Source: Chitinophagaceae bacterium
GTDB lineage: Bacteria > Bacteroidota > Bacteroidia > Chitinophagales > Chitinophagaceae
Direction: 5' to 3'
DNA: 64,000 bases
Assembly: GCA_036005185.1 (NCBI GenBank)
Contig: DASYQS010000051.1
Location: 7,420 to 71,419, forward strand
In this document: piece after piece, positions 56,631-64,000 of the stretch
Layout of the letters: each line of letters starts with the position of its first letter
How positions within the stretch are numbered: position 1 is the first letter of the stretch
Translations under genes and position numbers: made by a program
Notes under the pieces: model-generated
Database searches by the model: none
What the model saw: only the letters and a program-made list of their open reading frames with translations
What the model was told of the DNA's origin: nothing

Positions 56631-57485
56631 ATGGAAACAGTTATTGGCATTGATCTCGGAGGCACCCACATACGTGGTGGATTGGTTACTGAAAATAATT
56701 TGCCAGCTATTTCAACAAAGCGAGCCAACTCCGATGGCTCTGTTAAGGAAGTTTTGCAGCAGTTATTTATCCTCATAGATCAGTTGGTGAATGATTCAGT
56801 GAAAGCAATTGGAATAGGTGTTCCCGGGCTTGTGGATACTGATCAGGGAATCGTTTACGATGTAGTAAATATTCCTTCATGGAAAAAAGTCCCACTGAAG
56901 CAATTGACTCAAGATCGTTATCATTTACCGGTTGTGATTAATAATGATGCAAATTGTTTTGCCCTTGGTGAATATTATTTTGGGAAAGGACAAGGTTACG
57001 ATTCAATGATAGGATTAACGATAGGTACGGGCCTTGGCAGCGGTATCATCATCAATAAAAAATTGTATGCCGGTAAAAACGGAGGCGCTGGAGAATTTGG
57101 AATGATCAATTACCTCGATAAATATTATGAATACTATACTAGCGGGCAATTTTTTCAAAATGTTTATCAAACCGATGGTGAGATAGTTTTTAAACAGGCA
57201 GAGCAAGGAGATAAACAAGCCTTAAGGATGTATGAGGAAATGGGAACACATTTGGGAAACGCAATAAAAGCGGCTTTGTATGCATTGGATGTAGAGTTAA
57301 TTATTTTAGGTGGTTCAGTACGACATGCTTATCCCTATTTTGAAAAGAAGATGTGGCAACAAATTAAAACATTTGCCTTTCAAAAGGCAGTGGAAAATTT
57401 GAAAATAGAAATTTCTGAATTAGAAAATAGCGGCATCTTGGGGGCTGCTGCGTTGTATTATCAGAACCATGATTTTCAGGATTAA
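56631..57485 (+). CDS. ROK-family sugar kinase lacking the Cys-rich zinc motif
   Basis: IGIDLGGTHIRGG ATP-binding N-terminus, NDANCFALGE, GAGEFGM. The expected GHx9-11CxCGxxGC segment is replaced by the Cys-free MINYLDKYYEYYTSG. Confidence 0.75.
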   Translation: METVIGIDLGGTHIRGGLVTENNLPAISTKRANSDGSVKEVLQQLFILIDQLVNDSVKAIGIGVPGLVDTDQGIVYDVVNIPSWKKVPLKQLTQDRYHLPVVINNDANCFALGEYYFGKGQGYDSMIGLTIGTGLGSGIIINKKLYAGKNGGAGEFGMINYLDKYYEYYTSGQFFQNVYQTDGEIVFKQAEQGDKQALRMYEEMGTHLGNAIKAALYALDVELIILGGSVRHAYPYFEKKMWQQIKTFAFQKAVENLKIEISELENSGILGAAALYYQNHDFQD

Positions 57486-57553
57486 AAAACGGATTATGAG
57501 GAAATAAAAAAAATATTTCCGCTCAATCCATCCCAATCATATAAATCCCGGTT

Positions 57554-59362
57554 CTATTCATACTCTCGGTAAGCGCCAAATCTGGCCAAGCGATCTTCCC
57601 CTAGTTCTTTTGGAATAGGATAACAAGACAGGTTCAATTTCTCGCAGATCTGCGTCCACAAATTTGTACGTGTGTACGTTTGATGTACTTTCTGAAATGG
57701 GGTGGATAAAAGCAAGTCTTTAGCTTTCTGAAATTCATTCTTGTCAATCAGCAGTTGAACCCTTCTTTCAATAACCCATTCATCTTTTAATGCATCACAT
57801 TTTGACAACCATCCTTCCCTTTCAAAAATAGTTTGTGTTCCCAGATTACGTAACACTTTATCCCGTTCAACTACTATTTGCGGATGCAATTGCAACCATT
57901 TTTCCTCAATCGCTTCAAAAGCTTTTTTTGCACCCTCCATATCTCCTTTTGTTTTTAGCAATCTCGCAAGCAGTGCTTTGGCAACTCCAGTTTTTGTTGA
58001 TGAAAGAATTTTTATTGCGTCATCTGATTTCCCCCTTCCTGCAAGCCAAGAACCATAATAGAATTTCCAGAGATCGGCTTTTTCCCCATTGGTATTATTG
58101 ATTGCCCATTTAAAACAGGCGTCAAGGTTTTCCATACCTGAAGGAGGCCAAAGATTTTGATCAACTGGTGGAGGCTCCGGCAATTTGCTTTTTGTTTGAT
58201 AAGCATTGAACAATTCTTTCCACATTTTCACTTCTCTCGTTCTGGCCCATTGAAATAAAGGGATTGCATGAGTAGGTCTTAAATGGGCGGACGGAACTTT
58301 TAAAGAATAAATATCCAGCTCTTTATCACTGGGAATCCAATATTCAACATGCCACCTAGTTTGCTTGGGTTGCAATTCAAGCTTTATCGACTGATCACCA
58401 ATTGGCCCTCCTTGTATCTCAATATAAGTTTGATGCTTGGCTGTACTGAGCGTTGACCATGCACTATCATCACCAACACCATAGCTCCACAATTTAACAC
58501 CGGAAGCAATTTTTTCATCAGCGATATGATACAAGCCGCTTCCGAAAGAGGGTGTGTAAGCGCCAAACGCATTTACATCCTTGGTCTTCCAAAAATAGCC
58601 TGTCATTTCCTTTATATCGCTTTCGGTTTTTGGGCCTTGGTTTTTCCAATCGATAGTATCCAATTTAGAGGAATGTGACAACACGGTTCCATTAGGGAAA
58701 TCATATTTTGTATCAGGCGCCGAAGGTAATGCAGCATTGGACCATGACATCCAAGGATAAGCCTCATTTCCCGGGTTATAAAAAATTACTCGTTGAGTAA
58801 GAAAATTATCATCGCTGCCCAATGAATATTCAACCGACCATTGCATACCGAACCGCAACTCTCTTTCACCACAGGTAACATATATACGGTCTGTTGTTTT
58901 TTCGATTTTATAAAGAACCGCTTCATTTTGAGTAGGCGAATGTGAAATAGGAAAACTTACTTCAATGCCTCCCGCTACAAAATAAAACCTCGGTAAAATT
59001 CTTGTGTAGCGAATTACGTCCGGAACGTATAACACTTCCTTTCCGGAGGATTTATGGATCATTGAAAAAACCTTACCTCCCAGATCAGGGCAGATAGTGA
59101 TCGTCAGATGATCATTCTCTAATACAATAAAATGATATTTTTTTGGAACAGGTCTGTTTGAAGTTTCAGCGAAACTCACATAAGGATATACACCGTTCGG
59201 GTCGAAAGCGGTTGGCACAGGACCTGCGGGCACCAATTCATGTGTTAAAATGTACCCATCATATTCAATGCAGACAATTTTATTAGAGGTTTTCTGACAA
59301 AAGCATTCAGATACAAAAAAGCTCAAGATAAATAATAATGAAATGGTGTTTTTGATAATCAT
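57554..59362 (-). CDS. secreted DUF5107-like protein (mutarotase-like N-domain + TPR-like C-domain)
   Basis: Signal peptide. 602 aa. The C-terminal helical repeat region ends in LGEDRLARFGAYREYE. The family call comes from overall resemblance only. Confidence 0.55.
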   Translation of the reverse strand: MIIKNTISLLFILSFFVSECFCQKTSNKIVCIEYDGYILTHELVPAGPVPTAFDPNGVYPYVSFAETSNRPVPKKYHFIVLENDHLTITICPDLGGKVFSMIHKSSGKEVLYVPDVIRYTRILPRFYFVAGGIEVSFPISHSPTQNEAVLYKIEKTTDRIYVTCGERELRFGMQWSVEYSLGSDDNFLTQRVIFYNPGNEAYPWMSWSNAALPSAPDTKYDFPNGTVLSHSSKLDTIDWKNQGPKTESDIKEMTGYFWKTKDVNAFGAYTPSFGSGLYHIADEKIASGVKLWSYGVGDDSAWSTLSTAKHQTYIEIQGGPIGDQSIKLELQPKQTRWHVEYWIPSDKELDIYSLKVPSAHLRPTHAIPLFQWARTREVKMWKELFNAYQTKSKLPEPPPVDQNLWPPSGMENLDACFKWAINNTNGEKADLWKFYYGSWLAGRGKSDDAIKILSSTKTGVAKALLARLLKTKGDMEGAKKAFEAIEEKWLQLHPQIVVERDKVLRNLGTQTIFEREGWLSKCDALKDEWVIERRVQLLIDKNEFQKAKDLLLSTPFQKVHQTYTRTNLWTQICEKLNLSCYPIPKELGEDRLARFGAYREYE

Positions 59363-59365
59363 AAT

Positions 59366-61195
59366 CTACTTGCTGCTCAATTTATCACTTAATTCCTCAA
59401 GCAATTTTTTTCCTTTATCAACATCTCCTTTTATCTTTTCTCTTTCGAAGTTTTTTTCATTATTAAATACCTGCATATGCCGGTAAAGTTGCTGTACCAA
59501 TTGCGCAACCTCACCACTTGAGGACGTTTGTGCCTTATGCTCTAGTATCCTGATTTTTTCATAATCAACTATCCCCTCTCTTAGCTTTTCAAAACGGATA
59601 CTACTATTGGCACCTGGATACATAAGAAAACAATCACCCGCAGCCCATGAACCAAAACGCGCATCCCTCAGTGGATCGGCTGGCCAAGCATCGTATGCCC
59701 ATCTCAAAAAACCATCGTAATGGTGTGCAAATGTGTACCAACCCAGCCACCTGCCCTCAATAGGAGGAGAAAATACAAACGTATTTGGCTTTGGCGGTGT
59801 ACAGCATATATAAAATGTTGAAGTGTGGAATTGTGAAGATCGTTTTTTTACTTCTTCAACGCCAGGTTCTTTTCCAAACACTGCAGAATAATCATTGAGC
59901 AACGTATCAAGTTCTTTATGCCAGTCACCGGCATAAGTAATACACCATTTATTAGAATGTGCTTTAATCACTTTAATGGCAGATAATGTTTGTTCCATTG
60001 CGTTTTCATTAACGCCGAGATAAGTTTTATTGAACCATCCTTTTTTTTCGAGATGGGTTCTTAAGTCCGTAAGAAAAACATTCCAATTTCTGCGAAAGGT
60101 ATCAGATGTTGGCTGCCATCTTTCGTAGATATAGTTACCTGTTTTTTCATCAAGATAACGAAACCGTTCCCCCCATGGAATAGGCGTATAAATGGTAATG
60201 GCCTTATCAATTCCGAGACTCATTGCCAGTTCTACATACTGGTCAAAAATATTGTAATCAAACTTCCATGAGCCATTTTTTTGTTTTATCCATTCAATCA
60301 TTCCTCCTTCAATGCTGTATTCATTATCACCCCATGGTGAATGCACGCCATACGTGGTAATGAATGTACCTCCCGCATCAGCATATAATTGCAAATGTTT
60401 TTTTAGCAATGCCTTGTGTTCATCACCCCAGGGTTTTACATGATAATACTCTGCAATCACCCAAGGATTTTGCCATAGGTCCAGCCTGAATTTCCAATCA
60501 TGAGGTTTGGGTAATAGCTGGTTTTGTACTTTGATCTTTACATTTAAATCAGCACGACCGTTTTCGGTATAAATTTCAACAACACCACTATAAATTCCAG
60601 GTTCAGCATCTGCAGGGATATTGACAGATAGCCAAACAGGTCTTACAGTTTTCCCCGGCAGATCAAAGCGATCAGTCCCTGTAGTTATTGGAGCAAAACG
60701 ATCAGGCAATAAGTAAACCTTGTCAATTGGTCCTCCGCCACAACTCGCATCTTTTGCATCATAAGGATAGTTGGACAATACATAACAAACTTTATTGAGC
60801 TGAATATTTTTTTTGTTCAATATTTTTCCTTTCTCATTCTTTAAATCATTTAATCTAAAATGAATCTGGTTAATTGTATCAGAAGACCAAACGAGGATTT
60901 GTGCATTTAACCTTTCTCCCTTCCATGCCATTTCAGACCATGATAATGTTTCAGTATTCAGTTCCGGCACTTCTGTTCTGAAATACAATTCATCTGTAGA
61001 AGCAAATGAAACATGCAATCCCCTTTTTTGCTTATTCCAAGCAGCAATATTCAGTGTTGTATCGTAAGCATATTCTTCCTGATAATGATAGCTAGTTTTG
61101 GGCACTTTTGAAAAATCAACATGGCCTTTGTAAACTTGTCCTAGAGCGATCGCAGAAAACAAATAAGTTAAGCAGTACGCTAACGGCGCCTTCAT
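59366..61195 (-). CDS. secreted DUF4091 glycoside-hydrolase-like protein (GH123-related fold)
   Basis: The start is moved to the ATG at 61195 (MKAPLAYCLTYLFSAIALGQ signal). Blocks DLWQNPW, GFLRWAYDAWPADP and GDCFLMYPGANSSIRFEKLREGIVDYEKIRIL are typical of DUF4091. Confidence 0.55.
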   Translation of the reverse strand: MKAPLAYCLTYLFSAIALGQVYKGHVDFSKVPKTSYHYQEEYAYDTTLNIAAWNKQKRGLHVSFASTDELYFRTEVPELNTETLSWSEMAWKGERLNAQILVWSSDTINQIHFRLNDLKNEKGKILNKKNIQLNKVCYVLSNYPYDAKDASCGGGPIDKVYLLPDRFAPITTGTDRFDLPGKTVRPVWLSVNIPADAEPGIYSGVVEIYTENGRADLNVKIKVQNQLLPKPHDWKFRLDLWQNPWVIAEYYHVKPWGDEHKALLKKHLQLYADAGGTFITTYGVHSPWGDNEYSIEGGMIEWIKQKNGSWKFDYNIFDQYVELAMSLGIDKAITIYTPIPWGERFRYLDEKTGNYIYERWQPTSDTFRRNWNVFLTDLRTHLEKKGWFNKTYLGVNENAMEQTLSAIKVIKAHSNKWCITYAGDWHKELDTLLNDYSAVFGKEPGVEEVKKRSSQFHTSTFYICCTPPKPNTFVFSPPIEGRWLGWYTFAHHYDGFLRWAYDAWPADPLRDARFGSWAAGDCFLMYPGANSSIRFEKLREGIVDYEKIRILEHKAQTSSSGEVAQLVQQLYRHMQVFNNEKNFEREKIKGDVDKGKKLLEELSDKLSSK

Positions 61196-61351
61196 GCTTT
61201 TTCTAAGCCGGCATATGTAAATTATCATAATCATCGGCCGTAAAATAATTGATCTTTTCCAAACAAATAAGTTATAGTTATCACCTGCAAACGTTTGTCA
61301 TATTGTTACGATGTTTATTTATATTGTTCCCGTTTAAAGCATTTTACCTAT

Positions 61352-62416
61352 ATGCTCAAAAAAATTTTAGCATCGTACGGAATATCTCCTGCAGCGATTA
61401 TTCAACCTCATGGAGGCGGGCTGATCCATAGCACCTGGAAGGTTAGCGATCAATCTAATGATTACATATTGCAAAAGATCAATCATGAAGTATTTAAGCA
61501 ACCAGAATACATAGCAAGCAATATTGAAGCTATTTCTTCATGGCTTAAAAAAAATCATCCGGAATACTTTTTTGTCACTCCCATTGAAACAAAAAATAAT
61601 GGAAGCTTATTGCAAGTTCCTCGTGAAGGCTATTTTCGGCTTTTTCCGTTTGTAAAAAATTCTCTTACTTACGATATAGCTCAAACTCCGCAACAAGCTT
61701 TTGAAGCAGCCAGGCAGTTTGGTTTATTCACCAGCATACTTAAGGATTTTCCCGTGGAAAATTTAAAAATGACTCTGCCTGATTTTCATAATCTAACCTA
61801 CAGGTACGATCAGTTTGAAAACGCTATTCAACATGGCAATCCTTCAAGAATCGAGGAAACAAAAAAAACAATAAACTTTCTCTGTTCGCATCATCATATT
61901 GTTTCAACTTATCAACAGATCATTTCAAACAAAGAATTCAAAATACGCGTTACCCATCATGATACCAAGATCAGTAATGTGCTGTTTGATAAAAACGGAA
62001 AAGGAATTTGTGTTATTGACCTTGATACGGTGATGCCTGGTTATTTCATCAGCGATGTGGGTGATATGATGCGCACCTATCTTTCACCGGTTAGTGAGGA
62101 GGAAAAAGACTTTCATAAGATCTCGATCAGGGATAATTTCTTCCATGCCATAGCCCGTGGCTATTTGCAAGAGATGGCCACAGAACTTAGTTTTACAGAA
62201 CTTCAGCATTTTGTTTATGCCGGGATGTTTATGATATACATGCAAGCCCTGCGGTTTCTTACCGATTATCTAAATAATGATATTTACTATGGTTCCTTGT
62301 ATGAAGGACATAATTATACAAGAGCAAAAAACCAAGTCGTTTTGCTGGAACGATTGATTGAAAAAAAAGATAAACTCAGTGAAATGGTGATGCTCGTCAA
62401 CCCGAACAGTCATTAG
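61352..62416 (+). CDS. APH-fold anomeric sugar kinase, N-acetylhexosamine 1-kinase (NahK)-like
   Basis: The start is moved to the ATG at 61352 (MLKKILASYG). RVTHHDTKISNVLF (Brenner-type catalytic loop), VIDLDTVMPG and RFLTDYLNNDIYYGSLYEGHNYTRAKNQ parallel, from memory, the Bifidobacterium NahK blocks. Confidence 0.65.
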   Translation: MLKKILASYGISPAAIIQPHGGGLIHSTWKVSDQSNDYILQKINHEVFKQPEYIASNIEAISSWLKKNHPEYFFVTPIETKNNGSLLQVPREGYFRLFPFVKNSLTYDIAQTPQQAFEAARQFGLFTSILKDFPVENLKMTLPDFHNLTYRYDQFENAIQHGNPSRIEETKKTINFLCSHHHIVSTYQQIISNKEFKIRVTHHDTKISNVLFDKNGKGICVIDLDTVMPGYFISDVGDMMRTYLSPVSEEEKDFHKISIRDNFFHAIARGYLQEMATELSFTELQHFVYAGMFMIYMQALRFLTDYLNNDIYYGSLYEGHNYTRAKNQVVLLERLIEKKDKLSEMVMLVNPNSH

Positions 62417-62448
62417 TTTTATTAAATTTGCATTCTTAATAATCAACT

Positions 62449-63390
62449 ATGTCTGTTCAGGAGTTAGAAAAAATTTTCCAGGACAAAATAGATGAGGAGA
62501 TCAAAATCGAGCCAAGAGATTGGATGCCGGAAAAATACCGGCAAAATCTCATTCGCCAGATCAGCCAGCATGCACATAGCGAAATTGTGGGTATGTTGCC
62601 TGAAGGAAATTGGATCACTCGAGCTCCATCATTAAAGCGTAAAGCCATTCTTCTTGCTAAAGTGCAGGATGAGGCCGGTCATGGCTTGTATTTATATTCT
62701 GCTACAGAAACTTTAGGGGTAACAAGGGAACGAACGATCAATGACCTGCATAGCGGCAAAGCAAAATATTCTTCCATTTTTAATTATCCAACACTTACTT
62801 GGGCCGACATTGGTGCCATTGGCTGGTTAGTAGATGGCGCAGCTATATTAAATCAGGTCATGTTGACAAGAACATCGTATGGACCCTATGCCAGAGCGAT
62901 GGTAAGAATTTGTAAAGAGGAAAGTTTTCATCAACGACAGGGATTTGAAATTTTGCTTGTTCTTTCCAAGGGAACAAAGGAACAAAAGCAAATGTGCCAG
63001 GACGCTATCAATCGCTGGTGGTGGCCAAGCATGATGATGTTTGGTCCGCATGATAGTGAGTCAACGCATTCAGATCAAAGTATGAAGTGGAAGATCAAAA
63101 GAAAAAGCAATGATGAGCTAAGGCAAAATTTTGTAGATATGATAGCTGAGCAGGTAAAAGTTTTAGGAATGACGCTGCCCGATCCCCAATTAAAATGGAA
63201 TGAAGAAAAAAGACATTATGACTTTGGTGAGATCAATTGGGAAGAATTTTGGAATGTAGTAAAAGGAAATGGGCCATGCAATAAACAGCGTCTTGAGGCC
63301 AGAAGAAAAGCTTGGGAGGAAGGCAAATGGATAAGAGATGCGGCTGCGGCTTACGCAGAAAAGAGGAAACTGAGGTCACAAGCGGCTTAG
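62449..63390 (+). CDS. paaA: 1,2-phenylacetyl-CoA epoxidase catalytic subunit A
   Basis: [60 protein letters not shown] is near-identical to canonical PaaA di-iron motifs. Confidence 0.9.
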   Translation: MSVQELEKIFQDKIDEEIKIEPRDWMPEKYRQNLIRQISQHAHSEIVGMLPEGNWITRAPSLKRKAILLAKVQDEAGHGLYLYSATETLGVTRERTINDLHSGKAKYSSIFNYPTLTWADIGAIGWLVDGAAILNQVMLTRTSYGPYARAMVRICKEESFHQRQGFEILLVLSKGTKEQKQMCQDAINRWWWPSMMMFGPHDSESTHSDQSMKWKIKRKSNDELRQNFVDMIAEQVKVLGMTLPDPQLKWNEEKRHYDFGEINWEEFWNVVKGNGPCNKQRLEARRKAWEEGKWIRDAAAAYAEKRKLRSQAA

Positions 63391-63402
63391 ATTATTATTA
63401 TT

Positions 63403-63416
63403 AATTATTGATTATT
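63403..63416. repeat. left arm of a 14-bp perfect inverted repeat flanking the four-helix-bundle gene
   Basis: AATTATTGATTATT. It ends immediately before ATG 63417. Its reverse complement occurs at 63760-63773. Confidence 0.5.
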
Positions 63417-63764
63417 ATGGCCACCAATAATCACTTTTATGACTTGCCAGTTTACAAAGTTGGTAGATCATTCAGAAAGAAAGTGTCATTAATTGCTAAG
63501 AAACATTTCCCGAAATCCGAAGAATATTTATTAAAGTCTCAGATACTTGACCCATGCCGATCTATTACTGCAAATATTGCTGAAGGATTTGGCAGGTTTC
63601 ACCATCAGGAAAATATGATCACATCTTATGACGAAAAATATATTTCCAAAAATATATTAGCGGATATAAACAAGGACTACAAAGAATGTTTGAAACAATT
63701 AAACGGATATATCAAATATTTAAAAACAGCAAAGCAAGAAGGTAAAATAATTAATAATAAATAA
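63417..63764 (+). CDS. four-helix-bundle protein (23S rRNA intervening-sequence protein / Avd-like family), apparently internally shortened
   Basis: The ATG is at 63417 (the track starts at TTG 63408). The family motif EEYLLKSQILDPCRSITANIAEGFGRFHHQEN is present. The usually following IQF..ARGSL.E.. helix-3 block seems to be missing before MITSYDEKYIS. Confidence 0.7.
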   Translation: MATNNHFYDLPVYKVGRSFRKKVSLIAKKHFPKSEEYLLKSQILDPCRSITANIAEGFGRFHHQENMITSYDEKYISKNILADINKDYKECLKQLNGYIKYLKTAKQEGKIINNK

Positions 63765-63773
63765 TCAATAATT
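63760..63773. repeat. right arm of the 14-bp inverted repeat
   Basis: AATAATCAATAATT. It contains the stop codon of the four-helix-bundle gene (63762-63764) and ends 2 nt before the paaB ATG. Confidence 0.5.
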
Positions 63774-63775
63774 CA

Positions 63776-64000
63776 ATGAATTTTTTGTTTCGAAAATATT
63801 ACTACGGAGATATACCTGAAGATAAAGCAGGAGGCGATTCCAGTCAGAAAGGCTCCCCTGTAAAAGTAGATTTAGAGGGGGCCTCGGATTGGCCTCTTTG
63901 GGAAATTTTTATTCGCAGCAAGCAAGGCTTAGATCATAAACATGTTGGCAGTCTTCATGCGGCCGATGCTCAAATGGCTATAGAAAATGCAAGAGATGTT
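63776..64000 (+). CDS. paaB: 1,2-phenylacetyl-CoA epoxidase subunit B (5' part; runs off the window)
   Basis: My translation: MNFLFRKYYYGD...SDWPLWEIFIRSKQGLDHKHVGSLHAADAQMAIENARDV, containing the PaaB core motif. Open to the window end. Confidence 0.8.
   Translation, partial: MNFLFRKYYYGDIPEDKAGGDSSQKGSPVKVDLEGASDWPLWEIFIRSKQGLDHKHVGSLHAADAQMAIENARDV

Noticed and set aside
1-64000. Scan for tRNA T-loop motifs (GGTTCGAATCC-like), rRNA, CRISPR repeat-spacer periodicity, transposase/integrase genes and long direct repeats
   Set aside because: None was found by eye. The only repeated structures are the paralogous gene families and the short elements reported above. A tRNAscan, Infernal and CRISPR-finder run would be needed to exclude them formally.

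Overview
Low-GC Bacteroidota chromosome segment. The phylum call rests on two SusC/SusD pairs, T9SS type-A and type-B C-terminal sorting domains and many lipobox signal peptides. It looks Chitinophagales/Sphingobacteriia-like, but that cannot be proven from the sequence alone. I saw no rRNA, tRNA, CRISPR array, transposase or integrase. Layout: (i) 1-15.5 kb is a minus-strand alpha-glucan/trehalose utilisation locus: SusD, SusC, a NrtR-type Nudix regulator, a T9SS-secreted GH13 amylase, a GH37 trehalase, a GH65-like enzyme, and three non-CAZyme genes embedded between them. (ii) 16.7-31.5 kb holds a second SusC/SusD pair with no CAZyme and no regulator, followed by three tandem ~1,110-aa lipoproteins. 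Each lipoprotein is built as a 7-blade FG-GAP/VCBS propeller, an ASPIC/UnbV domain and a second 7-blade propeller. (iii) 31.7-47.5 kb is mixed housekeeping: ligA, secreted patatin, DUF2461, a PIF1/RecD-like helicase with a C-terminal HTH, a frameshifted GIY-YIG gene, asd with a structured leader, a lamin-tail-domain T9SS protein, an AsmA-like protein, a PQQ sugar dehydrogenase and a START protein. (iv) 47.7-51.4 kb is an orphan MBOAT operon with two paralogous membrane-anchored SGNH/DltD-like partners. (v) 52-64 kb carries a PfkB kinase and a TetR-paaE ... paaA-paaB phenylacetate cluster. That cluster is split by a 6.5-kb N-acetylhexosamine-type cassette and by a four-helix-bundle gene flanked by a 14-bp inverted repeat. 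Best candidates for undescribed biology: the CAZyme-free SusCD + triple double-propeller locus, the MBOAT + two-paralog module, and the terminator/antiterminator-like asd leader. All family calls come from motif recognition by eye; no database search was run.
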